Positions 48,825-58,610 of a stretch of DNA of 64,000 bases are shown one piece after another. The notes below the pieces were generated by a model, which was given only the letters and a program-made list of their open reading frames with translations, was not told the DNA's origin and ran no database searches. Source of the stretch: Verrucomicrobiota bacterium (GTDB lineage Bacteria > Verrucomicrobiota > Verrucomicrobiia > Opitutales > Seribacteraceae); NCBI GenBank assembly GCA_027622665.1, contig JAQBYT010000016.1, positions 1 through 64,000 of the forward strand, written 5' to 3'. Position 1 is the stretch's first letter. Each line of letters starts with the position of its first letter. The position numbers and the translations under genes were made by a program.

Positions 48825-50033
48825 CTAAATTCGAGAAGAAAGAACCAGTTCCAAAAGTTCGGCCGCGACCTCTTCGGGAGCATCTCTCCAAAGATCGGAC
48901 AGGACGGCTTCGGGGTCATCTTGGCCTGTTTCATCACACAGGCATTGCAAAGCGATGGCTACCCCTCGAGCCAGTCGATTGGGTTTCACCCCCGCCTCCG
49001 AAGCAAGCAACATGGAGCCGACCAGACGATCCTCCCAACCAAGTTTGCGAGCCGGATCTCGAGTTACTCGGGCGACCGGATCACGAAGGAAGGGGTTGAC
49101 CATGCGAGTAACCGCATCCTTGGCATAGGCGCGAAAGCCGTCCTCGGTAAAAAGCTCGTCATCCATCTCGCCATACTTGTGCCGCAAACCGATTCCAGAT
49201 TCCTCAAGAAAAGCTTCTTGCGCAAAGGCCATGAGGTCTTCGCGCTTGCCTGCCTCGTGCATAAAACCAAGCCCTTGTTCCCGAGCCAAATAACCAAGCA
49301 AGGCATGGTTGGCGTTGTGACCGAGGAATTTAGTGATGGCAAAAGGATCGAGGTCGGGTTTTTCAATGAAGGCGGAAAGTCCGCGCTCAAAGTTCGGCAA
49401 GGTGACTTGGTCGACGAGGATTTCGCTGAAAGACTCGACGAGGAAGGCACGAGGGAAACCGGGAACAATCGGGGCGAGACCTTCGTCGGTAATGCGCACG
49501 GGGTCCGCCACCACGGAACACATCTTGGCAATAACAGTCTCCGAAAACTGGACGCTTTCTCCGAAACCTCCCGGAGCATGACCGAGACAGGCGTCTCGTA
49601 GACGTAAAGCAGCCCGAGAATCGTTTTCAGCGGCGTAGGTGACGCAGGTCGGCAAGGCAGGATCCGCCATCTTCATAGAAAAACCTTCCGCGAGAAGGGA
49701 AGCGACAGAGGCTTCGCCCACGTCGTACAACGTGAAACTCGGGAGCGCGGTCGCCAATTCGCTCGCCTCGGAAATGGCCCGCACGAGCGCTTCACGATCC
49801 TCATCCACCAATGGGTTGAGGATTTCCACACCCTCCACGCATATCGTCTCCACCGAAGAGCTCCCCGCAATATTGCAAAAGTAGGTTCCTTCGGCAGCCC
49901 GCAAGGCAGCCACGGATTCGGCATCGATTTCCGAAACGACCAGTCGGGAAAAGTTCCCCGAGCGAAAAGCTTCGGGAAGAAAGAGTCCTCCTTGAATGGC
50001 TCCGAAACCGAAGCCGACGAAAGTGCGGCTCAA
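48825..50033 (-). CDS. Mannitol-1-phosphate dehydrogenase-like (polyol-specific long-chain dehydrogenase)
   Basis: GFGFGAI.GG, AEN, K.L.HN..HA catalytic motif, NPFL.D.V.RV.RDP.RKLG..DRL. Confidence 0.78.
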   Translation of the reverse strand: MSRTFVGFGFGAIQGGLFLPEAFRSGNFSRLVVSEIDAESVAALRAAEGTYFCNIAGSSSVETICVEGVEILNPLVDEDREALVRAISEASELATALPSFTLYDVGEASVASLLAEGFSMKMADPALPTCVTYAAENDSRAALRLRDACLGHAPGGFGESVQFSETVIAKMCSVVADPVRITDEGLAPIVPGFPRAFLVESFSEILVDQVTLPNFERGLSAFIEKPDLDPFAITKFLGHNANHALLGYLAREQGLGFMHEAGKREDLMAFAQEAFLEESGIGLRHKYGEMDDELFTEDGFRAYAKDAVTRMVNPFLRDPVARVTRDPARKLGWEDRLVGSMLLASEAGVKPNRLARGVAIALQCLCDETGQDDPEAVLSDLWRDAPEEVAAELLELVLSSRI

Positions 50034-50045
50034 GACAAGACTCCC

Positions 50046-51365
50046 CTACTCCGCCGAAACGGCTTTACGAGCATGGGCAAGAACTTCCTCGGGGCCTTGA
50101 TCCACGGATAATCCTTCCCCTAGACGGTCCTCACCAAAAGGTTGAAAAGCATGACCGAACTCGGCGAAAAAATCGTTCTTGGCGAAAACGTCGGCGAAGG
50201 AGTTTTTGGCCCATTCGCTGAGGTAGCCCATGCCCATCATACCTTGCAATACGGTGTGAGCATAGAGGATGCGTCCACCTTTGAGAAAAACCGAGCGAAG
50301 GGGATCGAGGGCGGCGGAATCGAAGTCATCGACAAACTTTTGCCCGGGGCCATTCATTTCCGTTCCTCCGATAAGGGGCAACCCGCGTCTCTCGACAAGA
50401 GCGACCACTTCCTGAAGGTTGCGAAGTTTTTCATCGGGAGAACCGGGCGTGTAGTTCCGGTCGGGAATAACGTTGAAGGCAGCCACTCCCGACTCCATCC
50501 CGATGTCGATCAGCTCCTCGATGGCTTGCTCCCCGGAGGAACAACCATCCAGCCAAGCAAGAGTGGGGATTGCTCCACAAAGCAGGGAAAAACGATTCAT
50601 GTCCGACATCTTCGGGAAAGATCCCGTATCGGGCTGAACGTATCCTACGCCACCTCGCTTCATGGTCTTTCCCCGCAGCAAATCGGTCAGACCGCGACCC
50701 TCGGGAAGGTCGACAATGTCCTCGGTTGCTACGCCCAGCTTATCCCCCCAGTATCGGGCCAAGGCTTCGGCATCGGGAAATTGAGACGCGGCCTTCCGAG
50801 CGTAGGCCACGCAAAGGTGACGCTCGGTGGCATTGCCGGCAGGCGTAAGGGGCAAAACGTCGGCATCGTAGTCGAGGATAACCGGAGCGAGGTGCGCATT
50901 CACGCGATCAACGAGACCACGATTGCGATCGGCGGACGTGTTTCTCATCCCGTCGAGAAAGGTTTGAGCCTCGGCTGGAATGTCGGTCGTGGTGAACCCG
51001 GTTCCCATGTGGTAGCTAATGCCGGGTTCGCCGGGAGAATTGATTTCCCGATCGGCGAACTCAGGCACGAACACTCGAGATTCCACACCCACGGCGCCCT
51101 TCAAGTTGAGCAAGCGACCCGCAGCCAGAAATTCGTCAAGCCCATCCAAGCAATCGAATTCCACGATCCCGGAGGTTTCCAATCCGTGTCGCTTGGCTTC
51201 GAGGGCAAAGTGACTGGGAGAGTATCCCCGATAGTTGTAAGAAAAGAAAGTATGGGCGTGCAGGTTTAAGATTGGCTTCGGTTCGGGAAAGGCTTCTCCG
51301 GACAAACCTTCGAGGGTTTGGCGTCGAATGGAGGAATCGAAATCGTCGATTGGGTTTTCGGACAT
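50046..51365 (-). CDS. PHP-domain (metal-dependent phosphoesterase-like) protein
   Basis: NLHAHTFFS...SPS, G.E.RV, R..S..RN, GGTEMN. Confidence 0.65.
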   Translation of the reverse strand: MSENPIDDFDSSIRRQTLEGLSGEAFPEPKPILNLHAHTFFSYNYRGYSPSHFALEAKRHGLETSGIVEFDCLDGLDEFLAAGRLLNLKGAVGVESRVFVPEFADREINSPGEPGISYHMGTGFTTTDIPAEAQTFLDGMRNTSADRNRGLVDRVNAHLAPVILDYDADVLPLTPAGNATERHLCVAYARKAASQFPDAEALARYWGDKLGVATEDIVDLPEGRGLTDLLRGKTMKRGGVGYVQPDTGSFPKMSDMNRFSLLCGAIPTLAWLDGCSSGEQAIEELIDIGMESGVAAFNVIPDRNYTPGSPDEKLRNLQEVVALVERRGLPLIGGTEMNGPGQKFVDDFDSAALDPLRSVFLKGGRILYAHTVLQGMMGMGYLSEWAKNSFADVFAKNDFFAEFGHAFQPFGEDRLGEGLSVDQGPEEVLAHARKAVSAE

Positions 51366-51413
51366 ATAGAAAAGTGAGCTGGAAGGATTGAGGAAAAAGA
51401 AAGTGAACGAGGC

Positions 51414-52454
51414 TCAGGTCTCGTCCACACCGACACCGAATTGATCGGCGAGGGCCAAGCATTCGTCAAGACTCTTGACGCCATCGGTACAAGTCGGGTC
51501 GGACAAGGAAGCGGTCGCGGCGCAGGTACCGGCAAGGAGGGAACGATCCAGTTCCCAATCTTCGTGAATGCCGTATAGCATTCCCGCACAAAAGGCGTCG
51601 CCCGCGCCGGCTGCTCCAGCAACGTAACCTTTGGGCAAGGACAAGGAACCTTGCCATGCTGATTCACCGGAAACCGAACAAGCGTATGCGCCTTCGGGAA
51701 AGTGAATGGCCACCAGTTCGCGAGCTCCCAATTCCATAAGGCGTTCGGCTGTCTCCCTCACCGAGGATTCGTTCAGCTTGTCTCCGTCGCGAACGGAAAT
51801 GCCGGTAACCTTGCTCGCCTCGATTTCGTTGAGTATGCAATAGTCGACCTGCTTGAGGGCAGGGCTAACGATTCTCGAGAATCGATCGCTGTCCTCGCTT
51901 ACCACGTCCAAACTAGTCTTTAAACCGGCTTCTCGGGCCATTGCCAATATGCGGGCGCCACGAGTCCCATACTCGGAATCCTCCGCGTCGATGGCATCCA
52001 GCAAAAGCAAATAACCAAGGTGAAAGATCCGGGCGTTGGAAGCGGAAAAGTCGAGGTCGCTTCCAGCCCATTCGGCATTGGCTCCGCGATTATGGAAAAA
52101 CGTACGGCGTCCGCCGTTCTTCTCGGTCATCACGTCAGTGTAGGAAGTGGAGGCATTTTGGTTGACCGTGATGAATCGAGGATCGACACCGTGGCGACGG
52201 CAATCCTCGAGGATAAGCTCCCCAAAGGCGTCCTTACCCACGAAACCGGCGCCTTCGAGCGGGAATGGGGCTCCCATCTTGGCCAGGTCCAACAAGACAT
52301 TGTAGGGCGACCCCCCCGAGCCTTGCGACTGGTCGTAAATGTTGGCCAGTTGCTCGTGCTTGGGATAGACGTCGATAATCTTTACTTGGTCTATGATCCA
52401 ATTACCGCCGGCGAGAATGCCTGAGCGGGTTTCCGAAGAGGATTTCGGCTCCAT
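51414..52454 (-). CDS. PfkB family carbohydrate kinase
   Basis: GG.PYN, G.VGKD.FG, RTFF..GAN, NEIEA, GAGDAF.AG; start ATG 52454. Confidence 0.92.
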   Translation of the reverse strand: MEPKSSSETRSGILAGGNWIIDQVKIIDVYPKHEQLANIYDQSQGSGGSPYNVLLDLAKMGAPFPLEGAGFVGKDAFGELILEDCRRHGVDPRFITVNQNASTSYTDVMTEKNGGRRTFFHNRGANAEWAGSDLDFSASNARIFHLGYLLLLDAIDAEDSEYGTRGARILAMAREAGLKTSLDVVSEDSDRFSRIVSPALKQVDYCILNEIEASKVTGISVRDGDKLNESSVRETAERLMELGARELVAIHFPEGAYACSVSGESAWQGSLSLPKGYVAGAAGAGDAFCAGMLYGIHEDWELDRSLLAGTCAATASLSDPTCTDGVKSLDECLALADQFGVGVDET

Positions 52455-52577
52455 GTAGCGTGCGGGGGTTGTTTTAGGATTTGCAGGAAAAAACGATTTT
52501 CGCTTTACCTTTAAGGCGAAAAACGATTCTTCACCTGCATCCCAATTTCCTAAAACTGGCAAGAAAGAAAAGAATAT

Positions 52578-53849
52578 ATGAGCACCGAACTACCTCGTTC
52601 CATTGATGGCCTGAATACGGTCACGGAAAACGTACGCTCTCATGCGGAAGCAGCTCTGGAAGCCGGCAACGGTCTCCTGCGCCTCGCTCCATGCTGGGTG
52701 CCCCGCTCCTTTTTGCAACCGGGCAAAAGACTGAAGCTCGACCCTAATGACCTCTACGCATTCGGCCTAAATCGAGGCGGCATCGACGAGCGCTGGTTCG
52801 GTTCCACGACCGAGGCGGCCAACGAAGGGCGCGTTCACGACGAAGGCTTCAGCTACGTCGTGCACGACGGCCAACGCTTTACGTTGCGAGACACGGTTGC
52901 CGAGCTGGGAGCCGAGCTTATCGGCGAATCCATCTGGAGCAAATACGGACGCTGGCCCGTGTACTCCAAGTTCTTCGACAACATGGGGCCAATTCCTCAT
53001 CACATGCACCAAAACGCGGAGCAAGCCGCGCTCGTTGGCCAGGAAGGAAAACCCGAGTCCTATTATTTTCCGCCCCAGCACAACAACGTCGGCAATAATT
53101 TCCCCTACACGTTTTTCGGCCTTAACCCCGATACCACCAAGGATCAGGTCCGCCGATGCATCGCCGACTGGAACAAGGGCGACAACGGGATTCTCGACCT
53201 CTCCGCCGCCCAACGCCTCAAACCCGGAACCGGCTGGCTCGTGCCTCCATCCATCCTCCATGCTCCCGGCTCGCTTTGCACTTACGAACCGCAATGGGGT
53301 TCCGACGTATTCGGCATGTACCAAAACCTCGTGGAAGGTCGCGAAGTACCTTGGAGTCTCTTGGTGAAAGACATGCCCGAGGACAAGCACCAGGACATCG
53401 ACTTCATCATCGACCAACTCGACTGGGAAGGAAACGTAGACCCCGATTTCCACAAAAACCATTTCCTTCAACCTATCCCCGTGGCCGACACTTCGGCCGA
53501 GGGATACGTCGATCGCTGGATCGTGTACGGCCGTATCGAGGGCAAGCAGGACTTCAGCGCCAAGGAACTTACGGTAGACCCGGGTTCGTCCTGTACCATC
53601 AAGGACAACGGAGCCTACAGCATGATCGTGGTGCAGGGCGGCGGCAAGATGAACGAACTGGTGCTCGATTGCCCGAAGATGATCGGATTTCGGGAGCTCA
53701 CTCGCGACGAGGTTTTCTGTTCGGCGAAAGCCGCCGCGGAAGGCGTTCGCTTCGAGAATTCCTCCCCCACCGAACCTCTCGTAATCCTTCGCTACTTCGG
53801 ACCCGAAGCCAATCCCGACGCTCCCGAAATAGGCGACGCCGCGAAGTAA
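52578..53849 (+). CDS. Cupin-fold sugar-phosphate isomerase-like protein (class I mannose-6-phosphate isomerase-like)
   Basis: ERW..ST, KFFD..PIPHHMHQ, KPESYY, LHA.GS...YEPQ..SD. Confidence 0.65.
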   Translation: MSTELPRSIDGLNTVTENVRSHAEAALEAGNGLLRLAPCWVPRSFLQPGKRLKLDPNDLYAFGLNRGGIDERWFGSTTEAANEGRVHDEGFSYVVHDGQRFTLRDTVAELGAELIGESIWSKYGRWPVYSKFFDNMGPIPHHMHQNAEQAALVGQEGKPESYYFPPQHNNVGNNFPYTFFGLNPDTTKDQVRRCIADWNKGDNGILDLSAAQRLKPGTGWLVPPSILHAPGSLCTYEPQWGSDVFGMYQNLVEGREVPWSLLVKDMPEDKHQDIDFIIDQLDWEGNVDPDFHKNHFLQPIPVADTSAEGYVDRWIVYGRIEGKQDFSAKELTVDPGSSCTIKDNGAYSMIVVQGGGKMNELVLDCPKMIGFRELTRDEVFCSAKAAAEGVRFENSSPTEPLVILRYFGPEANPDAPEIGDAAK

Positions 53850-53865
53850 CAGGCTGAGATTCGGT

Positions 53866-55338
53866 CTAGTCTTCCTCAGCTATCCGCGCCTCAATGGCGG
53901 CGATCACTCCGTCGAGAGCCTTGATGCGGGCGTATCGCTTGCAGTTGCCCTCGATCACGGTCCAAGGAGCGTAGGAGGTATTGGTGCGTAGAAACATTTC
54001 TTCGGTTGCCTCCTCGTAGAGATCCCACTTTTCCCGGTTGCGCCAGTCCTCTTCGTTGAGTTTCCACTGCTTTGCGGAATCTTTCTCTCGGGCCTTGAAC
54101 CGGTTCATCTGCTCGTCCTTGTCGATCTGAAGCCAGAACTTGATCACGACGGCACCGAAATGCCAAAAATTTTCCTCCATCTCGTTTATCTCGCCATAGG
54201 CCCGATTCCAATCGGCCTCGGAGCAAAACCCTTCCACGCGCTCTACGAGCACGCGACCATACCATGAACGATCGAATATGGTAAGGTGACCCGCCTTGGG
54301 AAACTCCGTCCAGAATCGCCACAAGTAGTGGTGGACTTTCTCTACGTCGTTGGGAGCCGCAATCGGTATCACTTCGTAACCGCGGGGGTCCATCTCCTCG
54401 GTCAAGCGTCGGATATTGCCCCCCTTGCCTCCGGCGTCCCAACCCTCGTAGACGATTACCACGGGAATACGGCGATGGTAGATCTCATCGTGCAACTCGC
54501 CAATCCGCTTCTGGCGCTTCTCCAGAAGCTTGCGGTATTCATCCCTGTCCAGGCTCAGGGATAGATCCACCCTCTTCAAGCTCGGGGCAGTCGGGAACAC
54601 GGGCAAATCCTTTTTCGGGGGAGGACCCTGCTTCGGCACATCCGTCGCCAGAGCAGTCACCCGCTTTCCCAAGACCTTAACCAAACATCGAAGAATACTG
54701 GCGTTGGCGGAAGTCACGTGCTTGGCATCGATCACCTTCCAAGGAGAGGCCGGAAGATCGGTGGCCTCGATTAATCGCTTGGTCGCCTTTTTGTACTGAC
54801 CATACTTGCAATGACGCGCGAGAACTTCGTCGGACACCCGCCAAGCAGTGGCGGGATTCTTGCGAAGCTTGTTCAGACGCTCGGCTTGCTCTTCCTTAGA
54901 AATATCCAAGAAGAATTTGAAGATGACCGTCCCTCCGTCCTTAAGCTGATTCTCGAAGGCGACGACGTCGTCGAATGCCTTACTCAAGGAATCTTCATCC
55001 AATTCCTCCGCCACGTAATCGTCCAACAAGGTGCGGTACCAACTCCGATCGAATATGGCCATGCGTTCCGCCGAGGGCGTGCGCCTCCAGAACCGCCAGA
55101 GAAAGGGGCGCAACTGTTCGTCATGATTGGGGGAGGCGATGCATGAGACCTTGAAGCCCCGAGGATCCAGTGGCTGGATCACGCGGTTGATCATGGTGCC
55201 CTTGCCCGCGGCGCTCCAACCCTCGAAAACAATGAGCACGGGAATCCCCAGCTCACGACAACGGCGCTGGAGCAAAGCCAATTCCTGCTCCAGTTCCTCG
55301 ATTTCCCGCTTCAGTGCCTTTTTACCGTTCCCATCCAT
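53866..55338 (-). CDS. pap: Polyphosphate:AMP phosphotransferase (two-domain PPK2)
   Basis: Two PPK2 domains: EGWSAAGKG..DRSWY and EGWDAGGKGG..LWRFW..FDRSWYGR. Confidence 0.9.
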   Translation of the reverse strand: MDGNGKKALKREIEELEQELALLQRRCRELGIPVLIVFEGWSAAGKGTMINRVIQPLDPRGFKVSCIASPNHDEQLRPFLWRFWRRTPSAERMAIFDRSWYRTLLDDYVAEELDEDSLSKAFDDVVAFENQLKDGGTVIFKFFLDISKEEQAERLNKLRKNPATAWRVSDEVLARHCKYGQYKKATKRLIEATDLPASPWKVIDAKHVTSANASILRCLVKVLGKRVTALATDVPKQGPPPKKDLPVFPTAPSLKRVDLSLSLDRDEYRKLLEKRQKRIGELHDEIYHRRIPVVIVYEGWDAGGKGGNIRRLTEEMDPRGYEVIPIAAPNDVEKVHHYLWRFWTEFPKAGHLTIFDRSWYGRVLVERVEGFCSEADWNRAYGEINEMEENFWHFGAVVIKFWLQIDKDEQMNRFKAREKDSAKQWKLNEEDWRNREKWDLYEEATEEMFLRTNTSYAPWTVIEGNCKRYARIKALDGVIAAIEARIAEED

Positions 55339-55430
55339 AGTATGAAAAGCAGATCAACCACTTAGGACTGGCACACCGACTTTACAACCCGGAAAAAAGA
55401 AAAAAAGAAATTTGCCCAGTTCTTGGAACC

Positions 55431-55464
55431 AAAAAAAGGCCTCGCCGAAATTGGCGAGGCCTTT
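55431..55464 (-). terminator. Intrinsic terminator of the porin gene
   Basis: AAAGGCCTCGCC-GAAATT-GGCGAGGCCTTT with A7 tract (U tract on minus strand) just after the porin stop. Confidence 0.85.
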
Positions 55465-55491
55465 AGAAAAGTGAAATTTTGTTAAGAAATC

Positions 55492-56589
55492 CTAAAAGGT
55501 CATGATACCTTCAGCGTAATATTCCTCTACATCATAACTGGAGTCTACTCCTCTATCTTTAACATCAACACCCGAGTGGCTCATTTCGAGGTTTATACCG
55601 AAGTTGTCGGTAATGGAGAAACCCGCACCAATGGTTATGCGATCGGAATCTTCTTCCTTAGTTGCAGAATACTCAAAATCTTCATGACTGTAGCGTAGCG
55701 TGAGGGCAAAAAAGTTGTTGAACTGATAGCTCCCCATTAGCATGACATTCCAAGCATCGGCAGTACTAATATCCCAATCGTCGTACTCGAGGGCAAGCGT
55801 AAGCCCACCGTCGTTGTAGGCAACCCATGCGTTAAATTGCTCAATGTCATCGTCGGTAGCAGGATTTCCATCATCTTCTGAATCATGAGCATATCCCAAA
55901 CGGGCTTCAAATCCTGGCATGATCATTAGAGCCAATTGTAGATCGATACCGATGTCGCCTTTTTTAGTACTGTGTGTTTCAGAGTATAATTCATTGTGAA
56001 GACCAAGAGTGAAACCAAATCGACCGTTGTTGAAGTTGGCTCTTATGCCATCAACATAGTTGCGACGTCCGACTATTCCACCGTCAATAATGTCTCCGAG
56101 CAAATAAGCGTAAGAAACTTGATATAAATTTGGGGCCTCGTCGGCTTCAAAACCGAGTGTGGTCAATTGGCGTCCCATGCTGATGCTGAAATCGCGATTG
56201 ATACTGTAGCGGATGAAAGCTTGCTCTAATGAGGTACCAAAACTACCGCTAGTGTTATTAAGGTTCGTGTGAATTTCAGCCGTTACCGGCGAAAAATCCA
56301 AAAGAAAGTCCATATCGACAGCGGTGTTAAAACCAGCCTTGTCATTATCTCCACCAAGAGCTTTATCATTCTGACGATTGGCATACATGAAATCAACGTA
56401 GCCCCGCAGTTTGACGCGGTTGGCGAGATCTATGCCGCTGGCACCGCTAGTGAGGTTAGCCCCAAGAGTTGTACCTTGTGGTCCCGTTGAGACTGGAGCA
56501 CGGGAAAGACCCGGGATGCCGGGGACTTGGGCAAATGAGAAAGAAACGGCAAGCAGTGATGCCGAAACGAAGGACAAAAGCGTTTTCAT
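55492..56589 (-). CDS. Outer-membrane beta-barrel porin
   Basis: Signal peptide, GYVD, LEQAFI.Y, G...T.LGFE, alternating aromatic strands, C-terminal Phe. Confidence 0.8.
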   Translation of the reverse strand: MKTLLSFVSASLLAVSFSFAQVPGIPGLSRAPVSTGPQGTTLGANLTSGASGIDLANRVKLRGYVDFMYANRQNDKALGGDNDKAGFNTAVDMDFLLDFSPVTAEIHTNLNNTSGSFGTSLEQAFIRYSINRDFSISMGRQLTTLGFEADEAPNLYQVSYAYLLGDIIDGGIVGRRNYVDGIRANFNNGRFGFTLGLHNELYSETHSTKKGDIGIDLQLALMIMPGFEARLGYAHDSEDDGNPATDDDIEQFNAWVAYNDGGLTLALEYDDWDISTADAWNVMLMGSYQFNNFFALTLRYSHEDFEYSATKEEDSDRITIGAGFSITDNFGINLEMSHSGVDVKDRGVDSSYDVEEYYAEGIMTF

Positions 56590-56889
56590 GGGCAATGGTA
56601 GGATTATTAGACGGTAAGTTTAGAATTCTAAGCTAAGTGACCCATGACAGTTCTTTTTAAATCAATCGTCAAGAATGAAAATAGCCTGCCTGAAGGCCGT
56701 GAAATCATTCGTGGGTTTTCCTTGTCACCCCAGCCTATAATGGTAACGAGGAAACCGAGCGACAAGACAGTCGAAACGAAGGAACCCTGCAAATCAAAGT
56801 AAAGCGGAGGTCGACGACGGGCAATGTGGTTTTGCCATCAATCACAAAACCGGGACGCGAAGGTAACGTCGGTTCCTAGAAGAAACCTT

Positions 56890-57966
56890 TTAGAGAAGCT
56901 TGTTGTTTTTCTTTTGCCCCGGCTTTCGCTTGATTGGCCGTTTACCGCCTTGGTGGATGCGAATATTGACGTTGCCCTCGAGGGATTCGAGGCGTTTGAG
57001 CATGCCCTCGGGCAAGGCGGCCCGTTCGGCATCCGTATTGACGGGGCCATCGAAAAGCACTTCGCCATCGGGAGAGGTCGCCTTGAAGCGCTTTTTTTCG
57101 TCTTCGGAGCTATACTCAAAGGAACCTTCGTCATCGACGCTAACGACCTTTGTCTGGGCAGTCCCGGTGACGGAAGACCAAGAGGAAGAGGCGCCCCGGC
57201 GACGAGCGTCGCGAAGAATTTCATTCACGTTGGGGACAGTCCCGAAGTCTAGATCGATGTCGAAATTGAGATCGAGTTCGGGAACGGCGCCTTCGTCACG
57301 AGCTTTGTCTCGCTCCATCGGGCTGAGCTTGCCGTCGCCATCGGCATCGAATTGTTCGAGCAGTTTGGGATCGGAAAAATCAAGGTTCGGGGCAAACCCA
57401 TGGAAACCGCGGCGACCAAGCAAGTCCCGTTGCCCGGCTATCTGCTTGCGGATACGTTCGTTGAGGTCACGGGCGTCAGGGATGATGAACCCACCACCTC
57501 CTAAACCGTTGCCAAGAATTCGTGGGGCCGAAGACCCTCGAGCCTGAGCTTTCGATACCTGCTTGCTGCCGAGTTTGGCCTTAAGGACCTTCTCCTTGCC
57601 ACCACGCAGGATGGTTAAAGAAACCTGTTGATTTGCCTCGCGTGAGCGCACGAGCTCTAGAAGTTGCTCCTGATTGACGAGTATTTGGTCGTCGAGCTTC
57701 TTCAGAACGTCGTACTGCTCCAAGCCGGCTTTCTCGGCAGGGCTTCCAGGACTGACTTGTTCGACGGACAAGTAAAGGTTACCCGACAACCCAAGTTGGC
57801 GACTGACCACAGGTGAAAGTTTGGTCGCGTAAACGCCAAGGAAAGTTGCCTTGTCGGGAGAAACGTTGACGCCGCCGCGGGCCTTTGATTGGGCCTTGCT
57901 GCCCTGCTCGGCAGAGAGCCACCCGCAGGATAGGACTAGAGAGAGAAGGAACGGGAGTGTTTTCAT
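56890..57966 (-). CDS. Secreted PDZ-domain protein with EF-hand-like loop
   Basis: Signal MKTLPFLL; FLGV...V.PGSPAEKAGL..YDV...LD...ILRGG (PDZ); DADGDGKLSPME; no protease domain seen. Confidence 0.8.
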   Translation of the reverse strand: MKTLPFLLSLVLSCGWLSAEQGSKAQSKARGGVNVSPDKATFLGVYATKLSPVVSRQLGLSGNLYLSVEQVSPGSPAEKAGLEQYDVLKKLDDQILVNQEQLLELVRSREANQQVSLTILRGGKEKVLKAKLGSKQVSKAQARGSSAPRILGNGLGGGGFIIPDARDLNERIRKQIAGQRDLLGRRGFHGFAPNLDFSDPKLLEQFDADGDGKLSPMERDKARDEGAVPELDLNFDIDLDFGTVPNVNEILRDARRRGASSSWSSVTGTAQTKVVSVDDEGSFEYSSEDEKKRFKATSPDGEVLFDGPVNTDAERAALPEGMLKRLESLEGNVNIRIHQGGKRPIKRKPGQKKNNKLL

Positions 57967-57998
57967 GATGGTTGGGAGAACTGTGGTTGTTCTTTGCT

Positions 57999-58610
57999 TC
58001 AATAAAGTTCCAGTCCGATGAGGACGACTTCCTGCCGAGGAACGGAGGAACGTATGAGAGTGTTGGTTTCGGGATTTCTCCAAATGGTTTCGTCGAGGTA
58101 GCGATAACGGTACTGACGAGCGGGACTCGAGCCGGGTCGCTCGATGATTCCTTCGTCGGAAACGTCGATGAGAATTTCTTTTACCTGCGGATTACTCCAA
58201 CCTGATTCGGACATAGCGGCGAACTCGGCGGCGGAAACGCCGTGAAGTGGACTGAGGTCTTCCTCGTCCACCAACCCCGGTTTCGCCGGAAGCGATTCAG
58301 TGGAGGCGATTGAAGGAGGTACAGCCGGCGTTGTTTTTTTCTGCAACACGGGATAAGCGACGTATAGGGCGAGGACGACCAATGCGGCGACTGCGGAAAT
58401 GGGGAAGGTGAACGCACGCAAAAAGGGAACGACTTTACCTCTCTCGACAGGCGACCGGGTGCTTGCGTCCTCCTCCAATTCGGGTAAGCGCCTGACCGCA
58501 AGATTTCCCGATTCGCCCAGCGCTTTTTCTAGACGGGCCTCGAAAGCTTTCGACGGCTTGGCCGGGCGAAAGGAGCGAAGTTCCTTTTCAAGTTCTTCGA
58601 ATTCGTTCAC
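57999..58610 (-). CDS. Putative single-TM anti-sigma factor
   Basis: GTG at 58610 overlaps sigma stop (GTGA); ELEKEL..FRPA.PS N-terminus, one TM, C-terminal beta hairpin. Confidence 0.65.
   Translation of the reverse strand: MNEFEELEKELRSFRPAKPSKAFEARLEKALGESGNLAVRRLPELEEDASTRSPVERGKVVPFLRAFTFPISAVAALVVLALYVAYPVLQKKTTPAVPPSIASTESLPAKPGLVDEEDLSPLHGVSAAEFAAMSESGWSNPQVKEILIDVSDEGIIERPGSSPARQYRYRYLDETIWRNPETNTLIRSSVPRQEVVLIGLELY

Noticed and set aside
50142..51269. 375-aa plus-strand ORF
   Set aside because: Antisense shadow of the PHP gene
56634..56672. Pho box upstream of porin-pap (CTGTCAT on minus strand)
   Set aside because: Only one half-site; no second repeat at 11-bp spacing
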